Below, in pieces: positions 19,874 through 28,741 of a stretch of DNA of 64,000 nt. Below the pieces are notes generated by a model. The model worked only from the letters and a program-made list of their open reading frames with translations, did not search any database and had not been told where the DNA came from. The translations under genes and the position numbers were made by a program. Numbering within the stretch: the stretch's first letter is position 1; each line of letters starts with the position of its first letter. The stretch is from Syntrophomonadaceae bacterium (GTDB taxonomy: Bacteria > Bacteroidota > Ignavibacteria > Ignavibacteriales > SURF-24): assembly GCA_050259615.1 (NCBI GenBank), contig JBLNAZ010000020.1:1513-65512 (forward strand), in the 5' to 3' direction.

Positions 19874-20824
19874 ATGTTACAAATCCAGCTCTTAAAAGAA
19901 CCCGGCCTGCATGAGGAAATTCTTGAAGGCCTGCTTGCAGATTCAAAAAAGCTGCCGAGCAAATTATTTTATGACGAAAAAGGCTCAAAACTCTTCGACC
20001 TTATCTGCATGCTTGATGAATATTATCTGACACGGACAGAAACCCGAATCATGGAGGATAATATCAATGAGATAATAAGTTTTATTGAGGGCCCCCGGAC
20101 AGCTCTTGTTGAATTCGGGAGCGGAAGCAGCATCAAGACGCGGCTTCTGTTTGATAATATGAATAAATTCCCGCTTTATGTGCCCGTGGATATTTCAAAG
20201 GAACACCTTAATAATACTGCAGAGGCACTTAAACGCGACTATTCCGGCCTGCAGGTTACCCCTGTTGCGAGCGATTACACAAAAGAGTTTGAATCCTCCT
20301 TTGACATGATCCCTAAATATTACAAAAAGGTGATTTATTATCCCGGCTCAAGCATCGGCAACTTTACACACAGGGAGCTGCTGCATTTCCTTAAAAGGGT
20401 AGCCCGCTTTCTCGGGCGAGGCGGCGGGTTCCTGGTTGGAATCGATCTTAAGAAGGATCCCTCAATTCTCAAAAGCGCATACAACGACCGAGAAAATATT
20501 ACAGCGCTTTTCAACCTTAATATACTCGAAAGACTCAACAGGGAATTTGGAGCAGACTTTAACGTCTCCAATTTTGAGCATAAGGCTGTATATAATCACA
20601 TAAAAGACAGGATAGAAATGTACCTCGTCAGCAAACTTGTGCAGACAGTGCATATTTTCGGCACCAGGATATTTTTTGCCAAAGGAGACAAAATCCTTAC
20701 GGAATATTCATACAAGTACGACCCGGACGAATTTGAAAGGCTGACGCATGAATGCTTCAAAACAGAAAGCGTATGGACTGATGAGAAAAATTATTTTAAC
20801 ATCCGGTACCTGAGCGTCAGATAA
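19874..20824 (+). CDS. egtD: L-histidine N-alpha-methyltransferase EgtD
   Basis: The ATG at 19874 is preceded by GGAGGAAAG. Contains LPSKLFYDEKGSKLFDLICMLDEYYLTRTE, VEFGSGSSIKTRLL, YYPGSSIGNF and SYKY. The track ORF's 109-aa upstream extension overlaps egtB and is rejected. Confidence 0.85.
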   Translation: MLQIQLLKEPGLHEEILEGLLADSKKLPSKLFYDEKGSKLFDLICMLDEYYLTRTETRIMEDNINEIISFIEGPRTALVEFGSGSSIKTRLLFDNMNKFPLYVPVDISKEHLNNTAEALKRDYSGLQVTPVASDYTKEFESSFDMIPKYYKKVIYYPGSSIGNFTHRELLHFLKRVARFLGRGGGFLVGIDLKKDPSILKSAYNDRENITALFNLNILERLNREFGADFNVSNFEHKAVYNHIKDRIEMYLVSKLVQTVHIFGTRIFFAKGDKILTEYSYKYDPDEFERLTHECFKTESVWTDEKNYFNIRYLSVR

Positions 20825-20958
20825 ACTTCCTGGAGGATGAACTTGGCATTATGCTCTTCGAAAGAAATAATATTAGTCTTTGCGTATAACTATTATTGAT
20901 TAGAACTTAAGCAAAAAAACTGATATCTTGTCCAGTAATAAATTTGGATTTTTAAGGC

Positions 20959-21876
20959 ATGAGAAATCAGTTATACGCAAAGATTGCATTTATATTGCTT
21001 ATTGTTCTTTGCATTCTTCCTTTTGTACCCGCGCCCCTGGCGCTTCTTTTAGGAATTGCATTTTCACTTGTTACCGGGAATCCGTTTCAGGAAAAAACGG
21101 GCAGGCTGACACACAAACTTCTCCAGTATTCTGTAATTGGGCTCGGCTTCGGCATGAATGCCCTTGCAGCGCTGGATGCAGGCAAAAAAGGACTTATATA
21201 TACAGTAGCAGGAATTACTTTCACCTTCTTATTCGGTTTTATTATTTCACGCATACTGAAAGTGGACAAGAAAACCTCATACCTCATTTCAGCCGGGACG
21301 GCCATATGCGGAGGCAGCGCCATTGCTGCTGTTGCTCCCGTGATAAATGCTAAAAACGAGAACACTTCGGTAGCTCTGGGAGTGGTTTTTATTCTTAACA
21401 GCATTGCTCTTCTTGTATTCCCTGCTATCGGACACCACTTTCATCTTTCTGAAGGCCAGTTCGGCCTCTGGTCGGCAATTGCAATTCACGATACCAGTTC
21501 CGTAGTCGGGGCTTCTTCACAGTACGGCAGCACGGCACTTGCAACGGCAACAACTATAAAACTGGCCCGTGCCTTATGGATAATTCCTGTTGCCTTAATG
21601 TCGGGCCTTGCCTTCAGGAGTGACGTAAAGAAAGTTAAAATTCCTTACTTCATAATCGCATTTTTTATTGCCATGATTCTTAATACTTATCTGCCTGTTA
21701 TAGCTCCTGTTTCCGGCGTTATTTACCAGATTGCAAAAAGAGGACTTGTAGTTACGCTTTTCCTGATCGGGGCAAACCTGTCCCGCGCCACACTAAAAAC
21801 AGTGGGGGTAAAACCGTTTATATTGGGTGTAATACTGTGGCTTGCGGTTTCATCCATTTCCCTGTTTTTTGTTTAA
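20959..21876 (+). CDS. YeiH/UPF0324-family membrane protein (putative sulfate exporter family transporter)
   Basis: 305 aa and polytopic. Contains AGTAICGGSAIAAVAP, characteristic of the family. Confidence 0.65.
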   Translation: MRNQLYAKIAFILLIVLCILPFVPAPLALLLGIAFSLVTGNPFQEKTGRLTHKLLQYSVIGLGFGMNALAALDAGKKGLIYTVAGITFTFLFGFIISRILKVDKKTSYLISAGTAICGGSAIAAVAPVINAKNENTSVALGVVFILNSIALLVFPAIGHHFHLSEGQFGLWSAIAIHDTSSVVGASSQYGSTALATATTIKLARALWIIPVALMSGLAFRSDVKKVKIPYFIIAFFIAMILNTYLPVIAPVSGVIYQIAKRGLVVTLFLIGANLSRATLKTVGVKPFILGVILWLAVSSISLFFV

Positions 21877-21909
21877 TAATTTAGGGTTGGAGAGGAATGT
21901 TTACCGACA

Positions 21910-21966
21910 CCCCGAGCAAAAAGCTCGGGGCTAGTCATAAAATCCATTTTTAATTTGACTAGCCCG
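21910..21966. other. two adjacent, slightly overlapping hairpins in the yeiH-like / DUF3667-like intergenic region
   Basis: Hairpin A is CCCCGAGC/GCTCGGGG (21910-21930). Hairpin B is GGGCTAGTCA/TGACTAGCCC (21928-21966). They share 3 nt. No clean U-tract. Confidence 0.35.
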
Positions 21967-22003
21967 GGGAACTTGCAAAAAATTAAATTACATCCTATTT
22001 TGG

Positions 22004-22921
22004 TTGTTCACAAAATACGGATGTAAAGAATTGAGCCACAATCACTCGAAACCGGAAGCATGCCTTAACTGCGGCTATCAGTTTAAGGATGAAAATAATT
22101 ACTGCCCCAGCTGCGGCCAGCAGAACCATACACTTAATGTGCCATTTAAGCACCTTGTCCTGGAATTCCTTGAAGGAACAATTCACCTCGACACAAAAAT
22201 ATTCCAGACTTTCAAATTCCTGCTTTTCAAGCCGGGATTTTTAACGCGTGAATTCAATACCGGCAAAAGAGCCACATATGTCCCGCCTGTAAGAATTTAT
22301 GTCTTTGTCAGCTTTATATTCTTCCTTCTTGCCGGATATAATTCGGGGCATAAATTTGAGGAAAAGGGGAATAAAATAAAAGACAAGAAGTCATTAGCAC
22401 TTTTGCAAATAGGCCCTTCAGATACTAATGATAAAGCCTCAATACAAAAGCGGGATTCTTTATTGGCATCCAAAGCAGTAAAGAATTCAGCCATTGCCCA
22501 TTTTGCATTGTCTATGTCAAAAAAATCTGAAGGAACGGAATTAAATCATATAGTGCTTAAAAATATTTCCTATCTTATGTTTTTCCTGATGCCTCTTTTT
22601 GCATTTTTTGTATTCCTCTTCAACTCCCAAAGAGGTCATTATTACTATGAGTTTCTTATTTATTCCATTCATCTGCACAGTTTTCTGTTTATACTTTTTA
22701 TCTTTTTTGTGCTCATTATGACATTCCTATTCGAATCCGGATGGCTCGTTTTTGCGGCTATAGTTATCTCCATTTATTATTTTATTGTATCCATGAAGAA
22801 TGCATTCCCGCAGAAGACTTCCCAGGCATTGTTGAAATCACTTTCCCTGGTTGTCATTTACGGCATAACAATTCTTGCGGGGCTTGTAGGAACAGCAGTT
22901 ATCAGTTATTTGATGGTCTGA
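22004..22921 (+). CDS. zinc-ribbon membrane protein (DUF3667-like)
   Basis: 305 aa. N-terminal CLNCGYQF...YCPSCGQ zinc ribbon followed by several TM helices. The track start is a TTG, so the true start is uncertain. Confidence 0.6.
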   Translation: MFTKYGCKELSHNHSKPEACLNCGYQFKDENNYCPSCGQQNHTLNVPFKHLVLEFLEGTIHLDTKIFQTFKFLLFKPGFLTREFNTGKRATYVPPVRIYVFVSFIFFLLAGYNSGHKFEEKGNKIKDKKSLALLQIGPSDTNDKASIQKRDSLLASKAVKNSAIAHFALSMSKKSEGTELNHIVLKNISYLMFFLMPLFAFFVFLFNSQRGHYYYEFLIYSIHLHSFLFILFIFFVLIMTFLFESGWLVFAAIVISIYYFIVSMKNAFPQKTSQALLKSLSLVVIYGITILAGLVGTAVISYLMV

Positions 22922-22949
22922 GGATTCACTCGAAATTAAATTCAATCAG

Positions 22950-22979
22950 GATGGTCCTGGGTTTCTAAACAGGACCATC
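22950..22979. other. perfect 10-bp hairpin between convergent genes (possible bidirectional terminator)
   Basis: GATGGTCCTG-10 nt-CAGGACCATC. No strong U-tract. Confidence 0.4.
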
Positions 22980-23014
22980 GCTGGAAGAAAATTCTTTAAT
23001 TAAAATATCTGGAA

Positions 23015-23746
23015 TTAATATATCTGGCAGGTTTTTGAAATCGAGAGTGCAGATTCAATTTTGCTCCCTGCTCTGAAGCCCTGGTATATTGTTCCGGTTA
23101 TTGTGGAAGTCAGGGTTATTTGTGTCTTTGTTATATTCTGCGTGCTCTGGAAATATGCCGAAGGAATTGTAAATTTTCCTGATGACAGATTCTGCTGAGG
23201 AATATACATTGAAAAAGTTTCGGTCAGCTCCGAATTATCCTTCTTGTAAAAATTTAATATTTCCAGCTTCAGCTCCCTGCCGGGGTCGATTTCCGTCCAG
23301 CTTATATTCATATCCTCAGAGCGGTTATGAGACGAAGGAAGCGTCAGTGTAGCAAGATCCCTTTCCTGTATTTTAATCGAAGCATCGAATGTTTTCTCAG
23401 AATTAAGCTTTATTGCAACTGTATATGTGTAGCCAGGACGTATATCTGAAACAACATCAAGTCCGGAATAGTAAGGAAGTCCCAATAAACTCTTAACCGG
23501 CATGGCTTTACCGTTAATGGATACTCCCCCGTTTTTAAGCTCGACGGGGTTATTATTTTTATCGTTTATCCATGCATAAATAAACTGTGTAATTGAGCCG
23601 CCGTTTTTGGATCTGGAAAACGTAATTTCAGGACGTATAACGGAAGGATCCGTAATTTCCACGTCCGAAAGAACTGATTCCTGCACGCATCCGGCACAGC
23701 TGAAGAGCAGGACTGCAAAGATGAAGATGAATAGTTTTCGCTGCAT
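23015..23746 (-). CDS. hypothetical lipoprotein
   Basis: 243 aa. Starts MQRKLFIFIFAVLLFSCAGC, a lipobox-like signal. Confidence 0.7.
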   Translation of the reverse strand: MQRKLFIFIFAVLLFSCAGCVQESVLSDVEITDPSVIRPEITFSRSKNGGSITQFIYAWINDKNNNPVELKNGGVSINGKAMPVKSLLGLPYYSGLDVVSDIRPGYTYTVAIKLNSEKTFDASIKIQERDLATLTLPSSHNRSEDMNISWTEIDPGRELKLEILNFYKKDNSELTETFSMYIPQQNLSSGKFTIPSAYFQSTQNITKTQITLTSTITGTIYQGFRAGSKIESALSISKTCQIY

Positions 23747-23915
23747 TTTCTATCCTGGATATTTGGGGGAATAAGCTTTTAGCACCGCTGCTGCTGCAGA
23801 ATAACCAAACTACAGAACAAATATTAGTAATTTTTCTTATTATAGCAAAAATATTTTCTGATGGAAGAATTTCCCTGGGATCGCTTCATGGGCCATCAGG
23901 CTGCCCGGTCCATAT

Positions 23916-23958
23916 AAAAATCAAAAAGCGCCTGCAGGATTCTCCCGCAGGCGCTTTT
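23916..23958 (-). terminator. rho-independent terminator ending the TonB-receptor/1186-aa/PorV-like operon
   Basis: 12-bp perfect stem AAAAGCGCCTGC/GCAGGCGCTTTT, followed on the minus strand by TTTTTGATTTTT. Confidence 0.8.
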
Positions 23959-23981
23959 GCTATATCCATATCACATTGATC

Positions 23982-25013
23982 TTAGAAACTGATACCAAGG
24001 TCAATATACTGAATGTTCTTCAGCCTGCCGAAGTCGGCATATGCATAGTTTACCTGTATCTTAAAGCCGGGACTTACCTCATAGTTAATGCCTGCTCCCA
24101 GAGTAAAGCTCTGTTCGCTGTCTGCGAGGAAGAGTGACTTATAGCCGCCGCGGACAAAGAATGTTTCGTCGTAAGCAAGTTCAGCACCTGCATTGACGTA
24201 TTCATTATTGTCATTAGGATGCGTTGCATCCACAGCTGCCTTCAGGCGGATATACCTGGTTTTAACCACATCCATTGCAAGACCGATCTTGAAACTGAGC
24301 GGCATATCATAGCTGTCCATTTCATACTTTGAAGGTATGTTATTCGGGCCTGTGTTGCCATCGGCATTAGGATCAGAATTAAACTGAATGTCGCGTCCGT
24401 CAAGCTGCATCTTTGAACCGAAGTTAGAGATGCTGGCACCTATTACGAGGTCGTTAAAAGGAGTCACATAATAAGTACCCACGTCGAGGCCGAAGCCGCT
24501 TGCGCTTGAGTTCCAGATGCTTTCCTTGATATATTTTGCCTGGAAGCCGATAGAGAAACGGTCAGTAAGTTTTCTGGCAAAACCGAATCCCATTTCCAGA
24601 GAACCTGCATCCCAGTATCTTCCGTCGCCTTCAGGGTTGTCAAAAGTTCTGACTTTCTCCTCGGGAACACCCAGGGAGGTCAGGGTTATGAACATTGTTC
24701 CCATTTCAGGCAGGTTAATTGAACCTGCTGCATAATCATAACTTACATTAGCAAGCCATTGTGTGTGGTTGAAAGCAACCTGGCCTGATCCTTCGGTATT
24801 GGCTATACCGGCAGGGTTCCAGTAAGTAGAATATATGTCATTACTGACAGCCGTATAAGCTCCGCCCATACCGATAGCCCTGGCGCCAGGACCTATTTTC
24901 AGGAACTGTGCCGCGGTAGTACCGACTTTGGTAATATCCCTGAAGATCTGGGCATTTACCTGGCCGAAGCTGAAGGCTGCAAGTAAAATCATTAAGTAAA
25001 GTGATTTTCTCAT
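23982..25013 (-). CDS. PorV/PorQ-like outer-membrane beta-barrel protein
   Basis: The ATG at 25013 has GGAGAA upstream; the track start at 25028 is a TTG. Has a signal peptide, then GTTAAQFLKIGPGARAIGMGGAYTAVSNDIYSTYWNPAGIA, the N-terminal motif I associate with the PorV/PorQ family. C-terminal aromatic residue (ISF). Confidence 0.62.
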   Translation of the reverse strand: MRKSLYLMILLAAFSFGQVNAQIFRDITKVGTTAAQFLKIGPGARAIGMGGAYTAVSNDIYSTYWNPAGIANTEGSGQVAFNHTQWLANVSYDYAAGSINLPEMGTMFITLTSLGVPEEKVRTFDNPEGDGRYWDAGSLEMGFGFARKLTDRFSIGFQAKYIKESIWNSSASGFGLDVGTYYVTPFNDLVIGASISNFGSKMQLDGRDIQFNSDPNADGNTGPNNIPSKYEMDSYDMPLSFKIGLAMDVVKTRYIRLKAAVDATHPNDNNEYVNAGAELAYDETFFVRGGYKSLFLADSEQSFTLGAGINYEVSPGFKIQVNYAYADFGRLKNIQYIDLGISF

Positions 25014-25070
25014 GCTTGATTTCTCCAAAATTCTCTTGTCATTTAGTATCTTCGAATTTCTGCTTTTAAG

Positions 25071-25098
25071 AGGGGCGGAAGCTTTTAACTCCGCCCCT
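25071..25098. other. 9-bp GC-rich hairpin between the 1186-aa gene and the PorV-like gene
   Basis: AGGGGCGGA-10 nt-TCCGCCCCT. No U-tract. Possibly an intra-operon RNA stability or processing element. Confidence 0.35.
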
Positions 25099-25154
25099 TA
25101 AAATCAGATTGTATTTATACTGTTATTCAATAACAGCATTGTTTACCCGCAGTA

Positions 25155-28100
25155 TTATTTAATAACAGCGAATTTACCTATCTTTTCACCAACACCGGGA
25201 ATGTCCACATGGAACAAGTACACGCCGTATGCTATTCTCATTCCTTCTTTGCTCAATAGATCCCACGATGCGGTGCTGGTCATATCATCTTTCTGTATTG
25301 TATCAACCAGTTCACCTGTTAACGTATATATTCTAATTGTACATTTTGGAGGTAAATTCCTGAACTGAAGATCCCTGTCGCCGCGTTTATTGGTCGTACG
25401 GCCAGGATTTTCAGAAAGGCCGTAAGCCACATACGGGTTAGGAACGACATAGATATCATTTAACTGTTCCTTTGCCGATTCAGGAGAATACTCTGCCTTA
25501 TTTGTCTCGAAGAGGTAAGCATCACCTTTCTTGAAAGGCTTAGAAGTCTTCAACTGGAAGACGTCTCCTGCCTTCGGCAGAACTGGTGTACTCTTCGATG
25601 TATCAATTTTGAATGTAAACTGATAAGAAGCGGTAGTTCCCTTGTCACCCTGCGGCATCAGAACAATGTAATCGCCCCAATCCCACTGTTTATTTGCAAC
25701 TTTGGGTTCGTACAGGAAGATATTTGCAGGCACATTGTTTGTAACATCCATTATCTTGAACGGAAATTTCATCCAGGTACTGCCCAGAACTTTTACTGAA
25801 TCGTAAACTTTCCAGGTCCCGTTTGCATTCTGTTCTGAACCCAGCCATGTTACTTCAAAGTCTGCAGGTAATTTTACAAAATTCTTTGCATTAATTGTAG
25901 CAGGATATATTAGTTCCGTTTTTACAGTAACTGCATCGTCGTTGACGAACTTAGTTTTGGATTTATCTATATCCAGCTTTTGGTTCTGAACGTATACTCT
26001 GAGCCCGTCAAAGGCCGGGTTGCCGTCCTCAGAATTCAGCAATGTACTTTTGTAGACCGGATAGTACCTGTACTTTACAGTATAGGTATTTCCCTTCGGT
26101 AAACTGCCCGGATAAACACCCGCAATTTGTCCGATAAGAGGATTAATGACATATTTTGAAGAATCTACCTCATTATTTGAAGCATCAAATACTTTAACGC
26201 TTTCTTTAACCAGATGGCCGTACTTTAAGAATATAAGCACTGTATCCTTTGAAACTATATCATTGCTGACGCCTGTTGCATCGAGCACGTTATAAGAAAG
26301 CGAATCAACGAATTCCAATTCATACTGTTTGTTTAGAACCGCCTGGTTGTCAAGAATTTTCATCTGGACTTGACCGGTACTTATTCCGGAAAGAACTTTT
26401 GGAAGTCCGTTTGTTCCGGCCTCAGATTCTCCGAGTCCTGAAGTTTTAGCTCCCGGGGTTACCTGGACGGTATTGACGTCGAACATGAGCTTGCCGGTAA
26501 GAGGATCCTGCTGAATTACAGACTGGGTTTCTGTCGGAGGCAGTTCCATCTGTCCGGTTACTTTGCTAATTGCACCTCTGTCGTATGCAACAACAGCATA
26601 GTAGTATGTAATACCGTTCTGAGCAGTTGAATCCACATACTGATGAACAAGTCCGGTATTTGCACCAAGGTTGTACTTTACACCGCGTCCGTCATATTCC
26701 TTTTCAGCAAGACCCGAGAAATTATCGACAAGATCCCACTGTGCATAAGAAGCTGTTTTTGAGTTATAAAACGGCTGACCCAGGAACGGGTTTCCGTTGG
26801 CGTCTGTAATTTTATAGACATCAGAGAAGTTATAGTCTCTGCTTCTGTAGATTTTATATCCCTCGAAATCTTTTTCACTTGTTAAAGGATCAACTGACTG
26901 TTCGGAATTTGAATCCCAGTAAAGTGTAACCTTATGATCTCCCGCAACTGCTTTAACTACCGGTTTTGCAGGAGGCTGTGCGAAGCGGTAGTCAGCTTCC
27001 AGAATTCTGGCTGAAGTAACGGCGTTCAGAATAAGATCCTGAATATCTACACCCATCAGGATAGCCATTGAGAATCTCTGTGTTTCTCCTTTTGCCAGGG
27101 TCGTTGGTCCGGTTGAGAAACAGAATACGTTATCGCCGTATGTTCTCAGAAGCGGCTGCTCAGGGTCTATTTCGGGTTTTGTAAACCACTGCCACATCAG
27201 TTCGTCTTCTTTAGGAGCATTGGCTCCGGAATTATCGTAAGAGGCTGCAGTAAATCCCGTAAGACCTATCTGATCAGATTCAGAGATATCCCTGTAACCG
27301 AAGTTAGGTTCTGAGCCTGCCCACTTGTATCCGGGAAGAGCATCTTCAGTAAGAGTTGCTTTTTCTTCCGGATCGAGAACGCCGTTTCCATTCAGGTCGT
27401 TAAACCATGCCTGTGTCGGCATTCCGTCGCCTTCGCCGAAATCGGGTCCGGGATAGTTCTTGGAATCAGGACCAATACCGTCAATACCAACGTCATGTTT
27501 TGTCGGATCCCAGTCGCCATCCTCATCTCCCGACCATCTTGGCTTAGGAGCTCCATATACAGATGTATATTTTGCCAGGTTGCTGATGCCTGTTGTGAGG
27601 GGCTTGGATACACCATCTATATATACGCCTTTTCCGTTAAAAGGACTTTCATCTGTTATACCATCATCATCATTATCCACCATATCATTGGCCCGGGATG
27701 GTGATTCAAGGAACTTCCATCCAAAGTAGCCTGGTGTTTTTCCGCCCATACCTTTTCCGTCATTGTCCCATGAGAAGACCATGCTTCTTGCGCGCTGGTC
27801 ATATCTGTCTGCCAGTTGGCCTGTGGGAGGAATAAAGTACGACATATCGTCAGCATAATCAGATGACCCGCCGACGTGGGGATCGCCATACATACCGAAA
27901 TATATATTGTCGAGATCCTTTTCACTGGCATTCGTAATCTGATAAACTGAGAAAATGATGTCTTCAGCCATCGGGTTGTTGAACTGGAGTATTCTAACAG
28001 AAGCATCCAGACCGAGTCCGCCTTTGGTCGGATCACTCGGGAAAGGAGCATACTTGCCCTGGAATTCGTAGTTTGTGTAGTCATCCATTACGTAATAAAC

Positions 28101-28715
28101 TTCTTCATCAGGAGCAGTTGCCATATCGCCTAAGAATGCGGGCCAGAGATACTTGCCTGCGCCTGCTGAATACCAGGTTTCAGGCCATGAATCCGGCTTT
28201 CCGTCGCCGTTCAAGTCACCGGCATTCAGAGAAGCAACATGTTTCTGATTCGGATCTGAATAACCGTTCTTAGGCAGCCAGCCCCATTTGAGTTCTTTTT
28301 TTGAATCGTAATCGCCCTGCGAGGCGCTTACGTGAGAGTCGCTTATTATGTGAAGCGGGTTTCCGTCAACGTCAGTCACTTCGGCACCGGCCAGGACACC
28401 GAATTCAAATCCGTATCCAAGACCGTTCCATACAAGATCCTCTATGTTTGACAAAACACCGGGAGCGCAGATTGAACCATAATTGTATAATTTGGTTGTG
28501 ATCTTGTTCCCTTTAATAATGATGTCTTTTATTTCCCTGCGGTCGCCTGCGACCTTGTTGAGCCTTACACCCGTAATGGGTCCAAAAATTCTCAGGTAAT
28601 CATCGTGCGAGAGTTTTTTCAGTTCGTAATTACCTAAAGAATCCTTTTCCTGGGCAAAACTAAAGCAGGTAAAAGCCAGCACGTATGTTAATATTAGAAT
28701 TAAGCTTTTTTTCAT
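25155..28715 (-). CDS. large secreted protein with Ca-binding-like Asp-rich loops and a T9SS/FlgD-Ig-like C-terminal domain
   Basis: 1186 aa. Has a signal peptide. DLNGDGKPD, DNDDDGITDE and DLNGNGVLDPEE loops. C-terminus VVPNPY...CTIRIYTLTGELVDTI...GVYLFHV...GKFAVIK. Confidence 0.8.
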   Translation of the reverse strand: MKKSLILILTYVLAFTCFSFAQEKDSLGNYELKKLSHDDYLRIFGPITGVRLNKVAGDRREIKDIIIKGNKITTKLYNYGSICAPGVLSNIEDLVWNGLGYGFEFGVLAGAEVTDVDGNPLHIISDSHVSASQGDYDSKKELKWGWLPKNGYSDPNQKHVASLNAGDLNGDGKPDSWPETWYSAGAGKYLWPAFLGDMATAPDEEVYYVMDDYTNYEFQGKYAPFPSDPTKGGLGLDASVRILQFNNPMAEDIIFSVYQITNASEKDLDNIYFGMYGDPHVGGSSDYADDMSYFIPPTGQLADRYDQRARSMVFSWDNDGKGMGGKTPGYFGWKFLESPSRANDMVDNDDDGITDESPFNGKGVYIDGVSKPLTTGISNLAKYTSVYGAPKPRWSGDEDGDWDPTKHDVGIDGIGPDSKNYPGPDFGEGDGMPTQAWFNDLNGNGVLDPEEKATLTEDALPGYKWAGSEPNFGYRDISESDQIGLTGFTAASYDNSGANAPKEDELMWQWFTKPEIDPEQPLLRTYGDNVFCFSTGPTTLAKGETQRFSMAILMGVDIQDLILNAVTSARILEADYRFAQPPAKPVVKAVAGDHKVTLYWDSNSEQSVDPLTSEKDFEGYKIYRSRDYNFSDVYKITDANGNPFLGQPFYNSKTASYAQWDLVDNFSGLAEKEYDGRGVKYNLGANTGLVHQYVDSTAQNGITYYYAVVAYDRGAISKVTGQMELPPTETQSVIQQDPLTGKLMFDVNTVQVTPGAKTSGLGESEAGTNGLPKVLSGISTGQVQMKILDNQAVLNKQYELEFVDSLSYNVLDATGVSNDIVSKDTVLIFLKYGHLVKESVKVFDASNNEVDSSKYVINPLIGQIAGVYPGSLPKGNTYTVKYRYYPVYKSTLLNSEDGNPAFDGLRVYVQNQKLDIDKSKTKFVNDDAVTVKTELIYPATINAKNFVKLPADFEVTWLGSEQNANGTWKVYDSVKVLGSTWMKFPFKIMDVTNNVPANIFLYEPKVANKQWDWGDYIVLMPQGDKGTTASYQFTFKIDTSKSTPVLPKAGDVFQLKTSKPFKKGDAYLFETNKAEYSPESAKEQLNDIYVVPNPYVAYGLSENPGRTTNKRGDRDLQFRNLPPKCTIRIYTLTGELVDTIQKDDMTSTASWDLLSKEGMRIAYGVYLFHVDIPGVGEKIGKFAVIK

Positions 28716-28741
28716 AATTAATTTTATACCTCTGACAAATA

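Noticed and set aside
22725-22745. TTCGAATCC string resembling a tRNA T-loop
   Set aside because: The flanking 5-mers (TCCTA/CCGGA) cannot form a T-stem, and it lies inside the DUF3667-like CDS.
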